Assembly: GCA_039586365.1 (NCBI GenBank)
Contig: JBDHKN010000032.1
Span: 9,773 to 73,772, forward strand
Reading direction: 5' to 3'
Source: Gemmatimonadota bacterium
GTDB lineage: Bacteria; Gemmatimonadota; Gemmatimonadetes; Gemmatimonadales; GWC2-71-9
Length of the DNA: 64,000 bases
The notes beneath the pieces were generated by a model that had not been told where the DNA came from, did no database searches, and saw only the letters and a list, made by a program, of their open reading frames with translations. This document shows positions 9,049 to 19,518 of this stretch, in pieces. The translations under genes were made by a program, and so were the position numbers. Each line of letters starts with the position of its first letter. The stretch's first letter is position 1.

Positions 9049-10224
9049 TTATGGCGGTGGGGTAAGAGCTGCCACCACCGAATCCGCCAACATGCCTCGT
9101 ATCTGCCTAATCGCGTTGTTGTCTCGAGTCGGGTGTACTCGGTTCGTGAGGAGGATGATGAATAACTCTCGCTGCGGATCGACCCACAGACTTGTGCCTG
9201 TGAAACCTGTGTGACCGAAACTATCGGCTGACATCGTGGTGCCCGCGGAGCTTCCTTCGCGGCTTGGCGTATCCCACCCGAGAGCCCGGGTTGAACCTTC
9301 CGGGCCGGGCTGGCGGTGCACGAACTCGCGCACGATTTCGGCCGGAATATAGAGTGGGCTGTCAGGTGTTAGGCGGCCGTGGTATGCGTCCAGCATCCAT
9401 TGGGCGAATCGTGCGAGGTCCGGTGCGATGCTGAAGAGTCCAGCGTGCGCGGACACGCCTCCAAGGCGGACTGCGTTCTCGTCGTGGACCTCTCCCCTGA
9501 CTACTCGGCCTCGCCAGGGATCATCCTCTGTCGGTGCGATGCGGTCGAGCCAGTGCTGCGGCGGGAGGTAGCGCGTACGGTCCATGCCGAGTGGACCAAA
9601 AACACGCTCTTGTAGGATCACATCCAGCGACCGACCCGCTATTCGCTCCACAGCCAGGCCAAGCGTGATCGCGCCCAAATCCGAGTAGCGATATGCCTCG
9701 CCGGGTTGGTTTTCGAGCCGAGCTGCCAAGACGCTATCGACCGCCTCGTCGCGCGTAGCGGTCTCTAGGTGGAGCGGTCGCCACGCGGGCAGTCCTGAGC
9801 TGTGGGTGAGTAGATGCCTGACCAGCACGCGGTCCTTGTCGGGGCCCCTGAACCGCGGAACGTAATCGGCCACCGGCCTATTCAGGTCGATCTTTCCCTC
9901 AGCTGCCAACAGCATCACAGCGGTGGTCAGGCCAATCACCTTGGTCAGGCTGGCAAGATCGTACACTGTGCTGTCGGTGACTGGTCGGGCATCATCGTCA
10001 CCGTAGTGGCCGGCCGCCGTCGCGTAGACAACCCGTCCCTTGAATCCGACTTCGAGTACCGCACCTGGGAACGCGTGGGAGTCAACGGCGGATTGCAGTA
10101 ACCGCTGGACTCCTGCGAAACGGGTGGAGTCTGCCTGTCGCGCGGAGGCTCGCGCGACAGGGAGCGGTGAGCAGACCGTAGAGGTAGCAAGCGCCGCAAC
10201 CGAAAGTAGAACCGTGAGTCTCAC
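9049..10224 (-). CDS. Beta-lactamase-family serine hydrolase (AmiE-like), secreted
   Basis: SxxK (LASLTK), LLTHSSG, YSD, FGHTGFTG, LTNRVHP. GTG 10224 overlaps the GH3 stop. Confidence 0.9.
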   Translation of the reverse strand: MRLTVLLSVAALATSTVCSPLPVARASARQADSTRFAGVQRLLQSAVDSHAFPGAVLEVGFKGRVVYATAAGHYGDDDARPVTDSTVYDLASLTKVIGLTTAVMLLAAEGKIDLNRPVADYVPRFRGPDKDRVLVRHLLTHSSGLPAWRPLHLETATRDEAVDSVLAARLENQPGEAYRYSDLGAITLGLAVERIAGRSLDVILQERVFGPLGMDRTRYLPPQHWLDRIAPTEDDPWRGRVVRGEVHDENAVRLGGVSAHAGLFSIAPDLARFAQWMLDAYHGRLTPDSPLYIPAEIVREFVHRQPGPEGSTRALGWDTPSREGSSAGTTMSADSFGHTGFTGTSLWVDPQRELFIILLTNRVHPTRDNNAIRQIRGMLADSVVAALTPPP

Positions 10225-12011
10225 CGGCGTGGCAGGTTGAGGCCGAATCCCCGGGGATATACCTCGGACAGCGTGATCGGGAGTCGGCCCGAGATCGGCG
10301 CTCCTCCCGCAAGCGCGCGAGACACCGCCAGCTCCGTGGCCAGGAAGTCGCTCCAAGCAATGAGGTACCCACCCGTGAAGCCCGCGACTTGGTTCAGGAG
10401 GTAAGGGCTGCCCAGAGAAGCCAGGATGGTCGGCTTGGTCTTATCCGTCTCGAGTATGAGTGACGCCAGTGAGTCGGGCAGCTGTATGTGTCCCCGCCCG
10501 GCGATGAATCGCACACCCATGGCAAATACTACCCGCGGGTTCTGGTTGATCACGACGCGAGCCGAATCGTAGGAAGCCGAGCCGGATGCAGGGTAGAGCC
10601 GAAACGGGTTCACGGTGTCGCCCAAAGCGCGCAGTTCCCCGATTAGCGTGTTGCCTATCGTGAGGTTGGTTTCCTCGGCATACAGAATCACAGCGGTGCG
10701 CTGCCGTGACTGTCGCAGGTCCCGGAGTGGTCCTTCCTGGATGAGTGTCAGTGAGCGAGCTGCTATGTCATTGGCGCTCTGCTGGAACCCCATTTGGCCC
10801 ACCACAACTGGAATGCTGTCCAAGCTCACCGTTCTGCGACGGAACAGGCCTGCTTCAACCTTGAGCCGGAGGACCCGCTCAACGGACCGATCCAACCGCT
10901 CCAGGGATATGCGAGCAGAGTCCACGGCGACCACCATCGCCTCGATTGCAGCCGTGGGGTCCGCCGGGATAAGCAGCATGTCATTGCCGGCCAGGAAAGC
11001 CCGCACCACGCTCTCTGCAGCTCCGTACTTGCCGACTATGGCTCCCATGCTGAGCGCGTCGGTAAAGACCAAACCATCGAACCCGAGTGAGTCCCTGAGC
11101 ACGTCGGTCGTCACGATGCTTGAGAATGTGGCTGGAAGGGGATCTGCTCCCCCATCGATGCACGGCAAGGCCACGTGCGCTGTCATGACGGCCGTGACCC
11201 CTGCCTCAATCGCAGCTCGAAACGGGACTAACTCGAGCGTGTCCAGGCGATCCCAACACGCGGGTACAACCGGGAGGTCGATGTGCGAATCCGATCTTGT
11301 ATCACCGTGCCCGGGAAAGTGCTTGACAGTGGTAAGGAGCCCGTTGTCGCTGGCGCCGCGCACGTAGGCCGCAACTAGTCTGCTCACCGCGGCAGGGTCT
11401 TCCCCAAAAGACCTCGTGTTGATGATCGGATTCGCAGGATTGTTGTTGACATCTGCAACGGGCGAGAAGGTCATGTGTATGCCTGCAGCCCGTGCTTCTA
11501 GTGCGGTTACTCGGCCAAGTTCATATGCGTCGCTCGTGTCGCCCGTCGCGCCGATGGCCATCGCCATGGGGAACGACGTGCCTCCGACGAGGCGCATGCC
11601 CGATCCCCACTCCAGGTCGGCTGCTATGAGTAGTGGTAAGGCTGACCGCTCTTGCAGCGAGTTGAGCTTGGCCGTTGCATCGAGCGGTGAACCGATCGAG
11701 ATGATGATGCCGCCGACTCCAAGCGAGTCCACCCAGTACGCGATTCGGTCGAACTCCTCTGACTTGAGCGACGTGTAGTGTCCCATGAGCCAAGGCATGA
11801 CGAGTTGACCGACTTTTTCGCGGGTGGTGAGGGACTCGAGGATCGAGTCGATAGCCGCTGGCCGAGCACGCGGTGGAAGCGTGATCTCGGGGAGGTTGGC
11901 ACGAGGCGTCGGGGCCACCGGCGGTAGCTCTGCAGTCTCAACCGCGGCGCGACTGCAGGATCCCACCAGGGACGCCACACACAGAGATGCCATGAGTAGA
12001 CGTTGTTGCAT
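10221..12011 (-). CDS. nagZ: GH3 beta-N-acetylglucosaminidase, probable lipoprotein
   Basis: KHFPGHGDTRSDSH, RSFGED, TDALSM; signal ending LVGSC. Confidence 0.9.
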   Translation of the reverse strand: MQQRLLMASLCVASLVGSCSRAAVETAELPPVAPTPRANLPEITLPPRARPAAIDSILESLTTREKVGQLVMPWLMGHYTSLKSEEFDRIAYWVDSLGVGGIIISIGSPLDATAKLNSLQERSALPLLIAADLEWGSGMRLVGGTSFPMAMAIGATGDTSDAYELGRVTALEARAAGIHMTFSPVADVNNNPANPIINTRSFGEDPAAVSRLVAAYVRGASDNGLLTTVKHFPGHGDTRSDSHIDLPVVPACWDRLDTLELVPFRAAIEAGVTAVMTAHVALPCIDGGADPLPATFSSIVTTDVLRDSLGFDGLVFTDALSMGAIVGKYGAAESVVRAFLAGNDMLLIPADPTAAIEAMVVAVDSARISLERLDRSVERVLRLKVEAGLFRRRTVSLDSIPVVVGQMGFQQSANDIAARSLTLIQEGPLRDLRQSRQRTAVILYAEETNLTIGNTLIGELRALGDTVNPFRLYPASGSASYDSARVVINQNPRVVFAMGVRFIAGRGHIQLPDSLASLILETDKTKPTILASLGSPYLLNQVAGFTGGYLIAWSDFLATELAVSRALAGGAPISGRLPITLSEVYPRGFGLNLPRR

Positions 12012-12144
12012 CGATTCGGTTACGGGAAGCTCACTGGTTTCAGGTTGAGATGTCGAAGACCGCTGTGCAAGTTAGTGACATTGGTCGCGACAGGCACGTA
12101 TGGTGTGTGACGGAGTCCCCCCGCGTCGCTATGCCGGAGGTACC

Positions 12145-13536
12145 ATGAGCCGACTAAGAGCTGTGATACTCGGTCTTCTTTTGGGCAACGCCGTGGCCTG
12201 CAGCGAGGATCTGCAGGGTCCCACGGACCAAACCCCGATTCAGGACACCGTCCCTGCCGAGATAGTCAGTTGGCTTCAGGCTAACGCAGTGCCGTTCAAC
12301 ACTGCCCAGGCCGGCGTCGACTACACGGACCTCATGCCGCTCAAGGGTATGGTGGGAGACGCACGCGTAGTTTCTTTGGGCGAAGCCACCCACGGGACGC
12401 GGGAGTTCTTCCTGATGAAGCACCGCGTGCTCGAGTTTCTGGTCAAGGAACTGGACTTCAACGTCTTCGCCATTGAGGCAACCTGGCCCGAGGCCAACCG
12501 GGTAGACGACTACGTGTACACCGGTCAGGGTGATCCCGAAGTGCTTCTATCGGGTCTCTACTTCTGGACATGGAACACCGAAGAAGTCCTGGAGATGATC
12601 CTGTGGATGCGAGAGCACAACCAGAATCCTGGCGATTACCCCACAGTGAGCTTCCTCGGCTTTGACATGCAGTTCCCAGGGATGGCCATATACAATGTCC
12701 AGGTGTTTCTCCAAGCTGTGGACCCGACCGCAGCTTCATTTGCCTCAGACCGTTATGCCTGCATGGTGCCGTACGCGAATGGGCCTACGGGCTCGTCCGG
12801 CAGCCAGGAACGGTATGGGGCTCAGACCGCGACCTATCGGGATTCGTGCCGTGCAGATCTAGCGCAGGTGTACGATTCCTTGGTGCCGCATCAAGCCGAG
12901 TACGAAGCCGCATCGTCGCCGCAAGAGTTCTCCAAAGCCCTGCGGAGTGCCCGGGTGGTCCTTCAGTACGAGGACATGGAGTCTACGCGTACGCCCGGCG
13001 CCCGTGACCTCTATATGGCGGAGAACACGATCTGGTTGCTGGATCAGGCCGGCCCTGACTCCAAGGTCGTGCTCTGGGCTCACAACGGCCACGTGGCTGA
13101 CAATCCAACGTATGGCGCAGGAGCTTCCATGGGGCACCATCTCCGCGGCGAGTACGGTGACGACATGGTGATTGTCGGGTTCGACTTCTATCAGGGTGAG
13201 TTTCGTGCGGTCACTGCGCTGCCCGGCGGGTCCTATGGGAGTCTGGCTGTGCACTCGGTTGGTGTGCCACCTAGGCTCAGCTACGAGTACTACTTTCACA
13301 GCGCCGGACTCGAGCGCCTGATTCTGGATCTGCGCGGGGTAGACATGGCAACGACCGCTACATCGTGGCTCGCCGGTCCCCGCAAGATGCGGTCGATCGG
13401 GGCCGTGTTCGCGCCGAGTAATCCAGCGGTCTACCTGTACGACGTGAGCCTGCCGTCCCGCTATGATCTTGTCATCTACTTCGACAACACGCGGGCTGCC
13501 ATCGGCTTGCCGTATCAGCCCCCCGACGTTTGGTGA
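12145..13536 (+). CDS. Erythromycin-esterase-family lipoprotein
   Basis: LGEATHGTREF, FWTWNTEE, GFDMQ, WAHNGH; signal ending NAVAC; GGAGG before ATG 12145. Confidence 0.88.
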   Translation: MSRLRAVILGLLLGNAVACSEDLQGPTDQTPIQDTVPAEIVSWLQANAVPFNTAQAGVDYTDLMPLKGMVGDARVVSLGEATHGTREFFLMKHRVLEFLVKELDFNVFAIEATWPEANRVDDYVYTGQGDPEVLLSGLYFWTWNTEEVLEMILWMREHNQNPGDYPTVSFLGFDMQFPGMAIYNVQVFLQAVDPTAASFASDRYACMVPYANGPTGSSGSQERYGAQTATYRDSCRADLAQVYDSLVPHQAEYEAASSPQEFSKALRSARVVLQYEDMESTRTPGARDLYMAENTIWLLDQAGPDSKVVLWAHNGHVADNPTYGAGASMGHHLRGEYGDDMVIVGFDFYQGEFRAVTALPGGSYGSLAVHSVGVPPRLSYEYYFHSAGLERLILDLRGVDMATTATSWLAGPRKMRSIGAVFAPSNPAVYLYDVSLPSRYDLVIYFDNTRAAIGLPYQPPDVW

Positions 13537-13591
13537 TCAGGGTGCCCATTGCTCAGCGGATTGCGGTGTACGGTGCGAGACAAGAAGAGGT

Positions 13592-15112
13592 TCAATCCTC
13601 AATCTTCCAGATAGTATCCAGTACTGTGCCGTCCACCCATTTGACCACCGCGACGGGCTGATCTGTCAACCTCGGTGGTTCCGGTTTGCCTCCTACGATG
13701 GTCTCGACCTCCTGCTTGATCTCGGCGATTGATCGAATAGGCAGGTCCGATGTACGAACCCGATCCAGTAGGTCCTCGCGCCGGGGATTGATCGCGATCC
13801 CACGTTCAGTGACCACTACATCGATCAATTCGCTCGGCCCGCTCAACGTAGCGACTTCGTCTACTATCACAGGTATCCGGTCGCGGAACGACGGTATTGC
13901 CAGGACGGAACAGCCCGCGAACAGGCAATTCTGCCACCCACCGATCCCGTGAAGCAGCACTCCATCGGAGTGGGTGTTGACGTTGGCATTGAAGTCGAGA
14001 TCTACTTCAGTGGCACCGAGGACCGAGACGTCGACCATGGTCGCAAAGTTGCCCTTACCATGATAGTTGTAAGACGTGAACGGTGAAGTGGCAATGTGCC
14101 GCGGGTCTGAAGCGATCGAGGCTACACCAGCGAGGTCGAATGTCTGCCCGTCGAGGATGTAGTCAGTGAGTCCCTCCTTGAGCAGCTCCACGAGGTACTG
14201 AGTCGAGCCACCCCGGACAAACCTCGCCTTAACACCGGCATCCTTCATCATGCCCTTCAGGAACTGCACGAACGCGAGAGCGATTCCTCCGGCTCCTGCC
14301 TGGAATGAGAACCCCTCCCGCATTATTCCGGCCTCTCGAATGAACCGAGCGACGTACTCCGCTATCAGAAGCCTGTCCGGGCTCCGAGTAATTTGCGTCG
14401 TCCCGGACACGATCAGCGAAGGATCACCGATCGACTCGATTTCCACCACGTAGTCCACGTTGTTACCCTGGATCTGCCACGGGTCGGCGTAGATGGAATC
14501 GGCGAGAGCGAATCCGAGGGATCCACAAGCTGAAGGACCGTGTGACCCATCGGCATTGCCAAACGGATCTGCCGTCGGGGCGGCAATCACTGCGATGTCG
14601 ATGTTGACATCACCATCTTGGATTGCTTGCCACCTACCACCGTGTGACCGCAGCACTCCCAGACCTCGCATCTTCCCGTGGGACGTGTATTCACCCAGCG
14701 GGCCGTTCATACTTCCTTCTATGTGATGTACGACGCCACTGTCCATCAATTCGATCACCGGCTCGTGACAAGGAAACGAGGCGCTGGGAAACCACATCAG
14801 GTCCTTGACACCCAGCTCGGCCGCGGCCTGCAACGGTGCCAGGGCAACTCTGTCACCATTTCGCAGGTGGTGATGGGTTGAAATCACCATCCCGTCGCTC
14901 AAACCGCAGCGCTCGAGTGCAGTCTTCAAGTCGGGAACCCGCTTGTCACCGTTGTCGGCATAGTGATGACTCGACTGAATCGGTGGACCGTGTTTGGTGC
15001 CCGTTGGCTCGTGGCCTCCCACTCCCTGGAACGGGATCTGTTGCTGCCCATTCACTATCCTGGGGACTCTCCTGCCAACGGCGTTTCTCGAGAAGTCCTT
15101 AGCGCCGCTCAT
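13592..15112 (-). CDS. citF: Citrate lyase alpha subunit / CoA-transferase family (apparent short in-frame deletion)
   Basis: ISTHHHLRNGD, LRSHGGR, CGSLGFA, LGATEVD, VVVTERGIAINP, DGTVLD. Confidence 0.88.
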   Translation of the reverse strand: MSGAKDFSRNAVGRRVPRIVNGQQQIPFQGVGGHEPTGTKHGPPIQSSHHYADNGDKRVPDLKTALERCGLSDGMVISTHHHLRNGDRVALAPLQAAAELGVKDLMWFPSASFPCHEPVIELMDSGVVHHIEGSMNGPLGEYTSHGKMRGLGVLRSHGGRWQAIQDGDVNIDIAVIAAPTADPFGNADGSHGPSACGSLGFALADSIYADPWQIQGNNVDYVVEIESIGDPSLIVSGTTQITRSPDRLLIAEYVARFIREAGIMREGFSFQAGAGGIALAFVQFLKGMMKDAGVKARFVRGGSTQYLVELLKEGLTDYILDGQTFDLAGVASIASDPRHIATSPFTSYNYHGKGNFATMVDVSVLGATEVDLDFNANVNTHSDGVLLHGIGGWQNCLFAGCSVLAIPSFRDRIPVIVDEVATLSGPSELIDVVVTERGIAINPRREDLLDRVRTSDLPIRSIAEIKQEVETIVGGKPEPPRLTDQPVAVVKWVDGTVLDTIWKIED

Positions 15113-16352
15113 CGACTTCCTCCCACTGCTGTGACATCCTCGTCCTGAACCTTACCGGCGCGCCTTGCTGACTCCACGAGTCTCTGCGCCCGCAGGACCA
15201 CTGGGGAATCGATCATCTTGGTGCCGAGACTCACTACTCCTAATCCCTTCTGCTGCGCTTCGTCAAAGGCAGTAACGATCCTGCGGGCCTGTCGGATCTC
15301 TTCGTCTGAAGGTGTGAACGCTTCGTGTATCGCTGCAATCTGACGTGGGTGAATGCAGCCCATACCCTCAAACCCGAGTGCTTGGGAGCGACTTCCCCAC
15401 TCCCTGAGCCCGTCCAAATCTCCTACGTCCCCGAAGACCGAGTCGATGGCCTGTACCCCGGCTGCCTTGGCGGCATTGACCAACCGCGCGCGGGCGTAGA
15501 GGGACTCCGTACCCTCGCTAGTTTTCCGTACGCCGAGGTCAGCGGTGTAATCTTCCAGGCCGATCGTAAGGCCAACTATCGTGTTGGCCGCGGCCGCGAT
15601 GGCGAAGGCGTGCTCTATTCCAAGGGCGGATTCGATAATCGGCATCAACCAGATCGGCCCCTCGATTTCCGCCTGGTTCAGGATCTGGCTGATTCTCTCC
15701 TCGACCGCGGCACCTGATCGGGCGACTCCACCTTGGGGATCAGGATCAGATCCGGCGCCTCCGGGACCACCTGGTCCAGATCCTCGTAGCCGAGTGGTAG
15801 TTGGTTGATGCGCACCATCCGCTCGGCGCCCTTGAAGTCAACGCATCTGAGAGCGTTTCTGACGACGATCCGCGCTGCGTCCTTCTCCGTAGGATGTACA
15901 GAGTCCTCGAGGTCCAGGATGATTCCGTCGGGTCCGTGGAGTCCAGCATTGACCATGAATTTTGGTTCGTTGCCGGGTAGGTAGAGGCGGGAGCGTCGCA
16001 GCCGGTCGCGTGCAGTAGGGCCCGTACGGGTGATAGTGCACTCGGGTCGCGCGTCTCCGGACAGCCCGGCTCGGGTCAGGGCAGCTTCGATCCTGGCAGC
16101 AATCGCGAACGGAAGAGCGCCCTTGTCATCGATCTCGATACGGCCGTGCCTAAGCCCGAACGATTGCGCCAGACTCCCAGCGAGCTGCCTCAGGGAACTC
16201 CCGTAAAATGCCGCGACCTTGGAGACAATGTGGATCTCGAGCCCTCCGAATTCCTCTACCTGTACCGCGACATGAAGGTCGGAGCGAACGTCGTCGCCCT
16301 TGCGGCCCGCTGCTCCTATTGCCCTGGCCGCCATGTGTGATTTCCTGGGCAT
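15109..16352 (-). pseudogene. CitD(ACP)-CitE(lyase) fusion split by a frameshift near 15710
   Basis: N-terminal ACP-like RSD...IDDKGAL...AR, then RRSRLYLPGN, LDLEDSV, PKVES. The second frame continues AVEERISQ...MPIIESALG, GLEDYTADLG, CIHPRQI, MIDSPV. One base appears missing after GAT CAG GTG. Confidence 0.82.
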
Positions 16353-16367
16353 GCCGAAGCTCTCCCC

Positions 16368-17552
16368 TCAGCCAAGTTGCTCGATGATCGCGTCCGTCAA
16401 CTGCGTCGTCGTCGCCGCTCCCTTTGCGACCACATCTGGACCGCCGACCAGACGCATCATGTCGTATGCTCGCACCTTGCATGCGGCGACCACCGCGGCC
16501 ACGGCGTCACGGACCCGCTTCGCCTTGTCCGATTCCTCTAGGTGGTCCAACAGCATCGCTGCGCTCAGGATCATCGCGATTGGATTCACGATGGGTGGAT
16601 CCAAGTTCTCGTATTTGGGAGCCGAACCGTGGGTAGGTTCGAACACGGCAACATCGTCACCGATGTTGCCGGAGCAGGCGAATCCCAGCCCACCGACCAG
16701 CCCGGCAAACGCATCGGACACGATGTCGCCGAACATATTCCCCGCCACGATGACACCGTAGTCTTCGGGGTTCTTGGTGAGCCACATCATCTGGGCGTCG
16801 ATGTTCGTGGACCACAGCTGAATGTCCGGGTAATCCCGCTGCACCGCGCGGGCCACTTCTTCCATCATTCCTGACGTCTCGCGCAATACGTTGGGTTTCT
16901 CGCAAACCGTGACCGACCGATAGCCGTGTTTCTTGGCGTACTTGAACGCCGCCGTCAGGATTCTCCGGCAGGCATTGCGTGTGAACAAGCGCAACGAGAT
17001 CGCCACGTCCTCGTTCGGCACGGTGGCAAACGACTTGTGCTTGGGATGAGTGGCTATTGCATCGCGTACCTGCTGGGGAGGATTGGTCCACTCTATGCCG
17101 CAGTAGAGGCCTTCAGTGTTCTGACGGAAGATCACGGCATCCACCTCGGGTTCCTCGCGGCCCCCGTCGGCGGTCTGGCGGATGAAGTTGAGTGGATTGC
17201 CCTTGAATGACCGGCAGGGCCGGATGCAGATATCCAAATTGAACAGCTGCCGCATCCCCACTATTGGGCTGAAGTAGCTGTAACCCTTGTCCCGCAGTTC
17301 CGGTTTCAGTTCTGCGGCAGCCTGCTGCTTCGGTTTGGACGTGATGGCACCGAAGAGACCCAACTTGTGTTGCTTCAGCAGCGCGATAGTCCTGTCGGGC
17401 AGCGGATTGCCTTCGTTTATCCAAAAGTCCCACCCGATATCTGCATGGACATACTCAGCGCCAAAACCGACCGCCTCCAACACGCGGACCGCTTCTGGAA
17501 GTACGATCTTGCCGATGCCGTCGCCGGGCATCGAGACAATAGTGTGAGTCAT
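16368..17552 (-). CDS. Isocitrate/isopropylmalate/homoisocitrate dehydrogenase family
   Basis: PGDGIG, FGAITS, RQNTEGLY, KPNV, NMFGDIVSD, FEPTHGSAPK, NPIAMILS. Confidence 0.92.
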   Translation of the reverse strand: MTHTIVSMPGDGIGKIVLPEAVRVLEAVGFGAEYVHADIGWDFWINEGNPLPDRTIALLKQHKLGLFGAITSKPKQQAAAELKPELRDKGYSYFSPIVGMRQLFNLDICIRPCRSFKGNPLNFIRQTADGGREEPEVDAVIFRQNTEGLYCGIEWTNPPQQVRDAIATHPKHKSFATVPNEDVAISLRLFTRNACRRILTAAFKYAKKHGYRSVTVCEKPNVLRETSGMMEEVARAVQRDYPDIQLWSTNIDAQMMWLTKNPEDYGVIVAGNMFGDIVSDAFAGLVGGLGFACSGNIGDDVAVFEPTHGSAPKYENLDPPIVNPIAMILSAAMLLDHLEESDKAKRVRDAVAAVVAACKVRAYDMMRLVGGPDVVAKGAATTTQLTDAIIEQLG

Positions 17553-17599
17553 GTTGTATTGATATCCTCTTGCTCTCTCGTTACGTGGCGAGTTCCCAA

Positions 17600-17627
17600 C
17601 ACTCAATGGTCAATCGTCAATCGTCAA
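17600..17627. repeat. Short TCGTCAA heptamer array overlapping the hydratase stop codon
   Basis: cactcaa tggtcaa tcgtcaa tcgtcaa. Confidence 0.7.
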
Positions 17628-19499
17628 AAGCCAAACTCCTCACCGCGGTATGTTACGGTGCTCACCGCGAAGTCGATGTCTAGCTGATCTCCTGGGATGA
17701 TGGTCAACTGTTTCGCTGCAACCGCATCGCCAAGCTGCCGCTTCACAGCGGCAACTAGCTCGGGGCACTCGATACAGATGAAGCCATTGTTGTAGGCATT
17801 GCGCAAGTACGTTTGGGAGAAACTCCCGGCGATCACTAAAGCGATGCCTTTGGCCTGTAGTGCGGTTACCGCCTGTTCGCGGCTGGAGCCCGTGCCGAAG
17901 TTCCAAGTGCCAACCAAGATGTCACCCTTGGTAGTCCTGCCGACAAACTCTGGGTCATAGTTTTCCATGACCACCTGGGCCATCTGCTCCCATGTCACTT
18001 CGTCGCGGGTGTAGTACTTCTTGTCGTAGATCCCATCCGTGTTCAGGTTGTCCTGTGGCAGGAAGATCAAACAAGATCAAACGGCCGTGAATGCTGTCGG
18101 GGAAGCCAGGCTGGATCTCGACAGTCTCGCCGGCCGTGCGAGCTGGCGCGTGGTCGGTTATGCGGCGCTCAGGGCGGCTGCCGTCCGAAGGCCAGGGACC
18201 TGTGATGTAGCCGGCCACAGCCGACGCTGCCACGACAGCGGGACTGGCCAGGTAAACCTGCGCGTCGCGGGATCCCATCCGTCCCTTGAAGTTGCGATTG
18301 GTGGCCGAGATTCCCACTTCACCGGCCTCGAGCAGCCCGGCACCGAGACCGATGCACGGGCCGCAGCCGGCTGGAAGCGGCTGGGCTCCAGCATCGAGCA
18401 ATGCATCCCATGCTCCTGAGTGCCGTGACGCCTCCTCAACCTCTTTACTCGCGGCTGATACATAGAGCTGCACACCAGCAGCCACTTTCTTGCCCTTGAT
18501 CACGCCGGCGGCTGCCTCCAGGTCTTCCATGCGGCTGTTGACACAGGACACGATATAAGCCTTCTGGATCGCGACCTTGTCTTGCTCGATGTCGGCGAGC
18601 GACCGCATGACTTGAACGGTGTCCGGCCCGGAGACGTGCGGACTCAATTGGCCCAGGTCCAGCACGATCTCGCTGGCGTAAGTTGCGTCGGCGTCAGGCG
18701 CCGGGGGGTTCGCGAGCCAGGAAGCGATCTCCTGGTCTGTATATCGAACGGGACCCTGAGCCTGTAGTACTTTGTTACGGTGGCGGAGATAGTCCACCGT
18801 AACCTCATCCACCGGGAACCAACCGACCAGCGCACCCCACTCGGTCGTCATGTTCGAAATCGAAAACCGCGCATCCATACTGAGGCTGGCAATTCCCGGC
18901 CCCGTGAACTCCACGGCCGCGTTCAGCACTTCACCCTGGTTGTAGATACCGCAGAGGGTAATGATCACGTCCTTACCGGTCACACCCTCGCGCAGCTCTC
19001 CCTCAAGAACCACTTTCACGGACCGCGGGATCTGCCACCAGAACTCCCCAGTAGCCCAGATGGCCGCCGCGTCCGTGCGAACAACCGGTGTACCGAGTGC
19101 TCCCAGAGCCCCGTACATGTTGGAGTGGGAATCAGATGCCACCACCAATGCCCCGGGCACAACGTATCCTTGGGAGACCATGATCTGGTGTCCGATTCCG
19201 GTGCCGGCGGGGTAGAAATCGATGCCGTGCGCTCTGGCGAAATCCTCGATCTTGTTGTACTTGGCAAGATTGGTCTCTGAAGTATTCTGAATCTCGTGGT
19301 CCAGTGCGAACACGGGTTGCGACGGGTCAAGAACTCTGGTCGCACCGATCGCATTGAATTTCGTTATCACTGCGGCGGTATTGTCGTGCGTCATGACGTG
19401 CCGCGGGCGCAGTGAAACCACGTCACCGGCCCGCAGGGGCCTGCTGGGGCCTTCTGTCACATGCATGTGGGCGATCTTCTCTACTATGTTCTCACCCAT
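17624..19499 (-). pseudogene. Single-chain homoaconitase-like Fe-S hydratase (large + swivel domains), frameshifted by a 10-bp duplication
   Basis: MTHDN, DSHSNMYG, SCVNSR, GCGPCIG, TNRNFKGRMG, then DNLNTDGIY and NFGTGSSRE in another frame. AAGATCAAAC is duplicated at 18063-18082; removing one copy gives a single 621-aa ORF. Confidence 0.88.
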
Positions 19500-19518
19500 T
19501 CTAGTCTCCTAGGCCCTG

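Noticed and set aside
9049..10224. True beta-lactamase resistance genes (also 26232-28448 and the MBL at 40154)
   Set aside because: Motifs fit broad serine-hydrolase and glyoxalase-II-like families; context suggests other roles.
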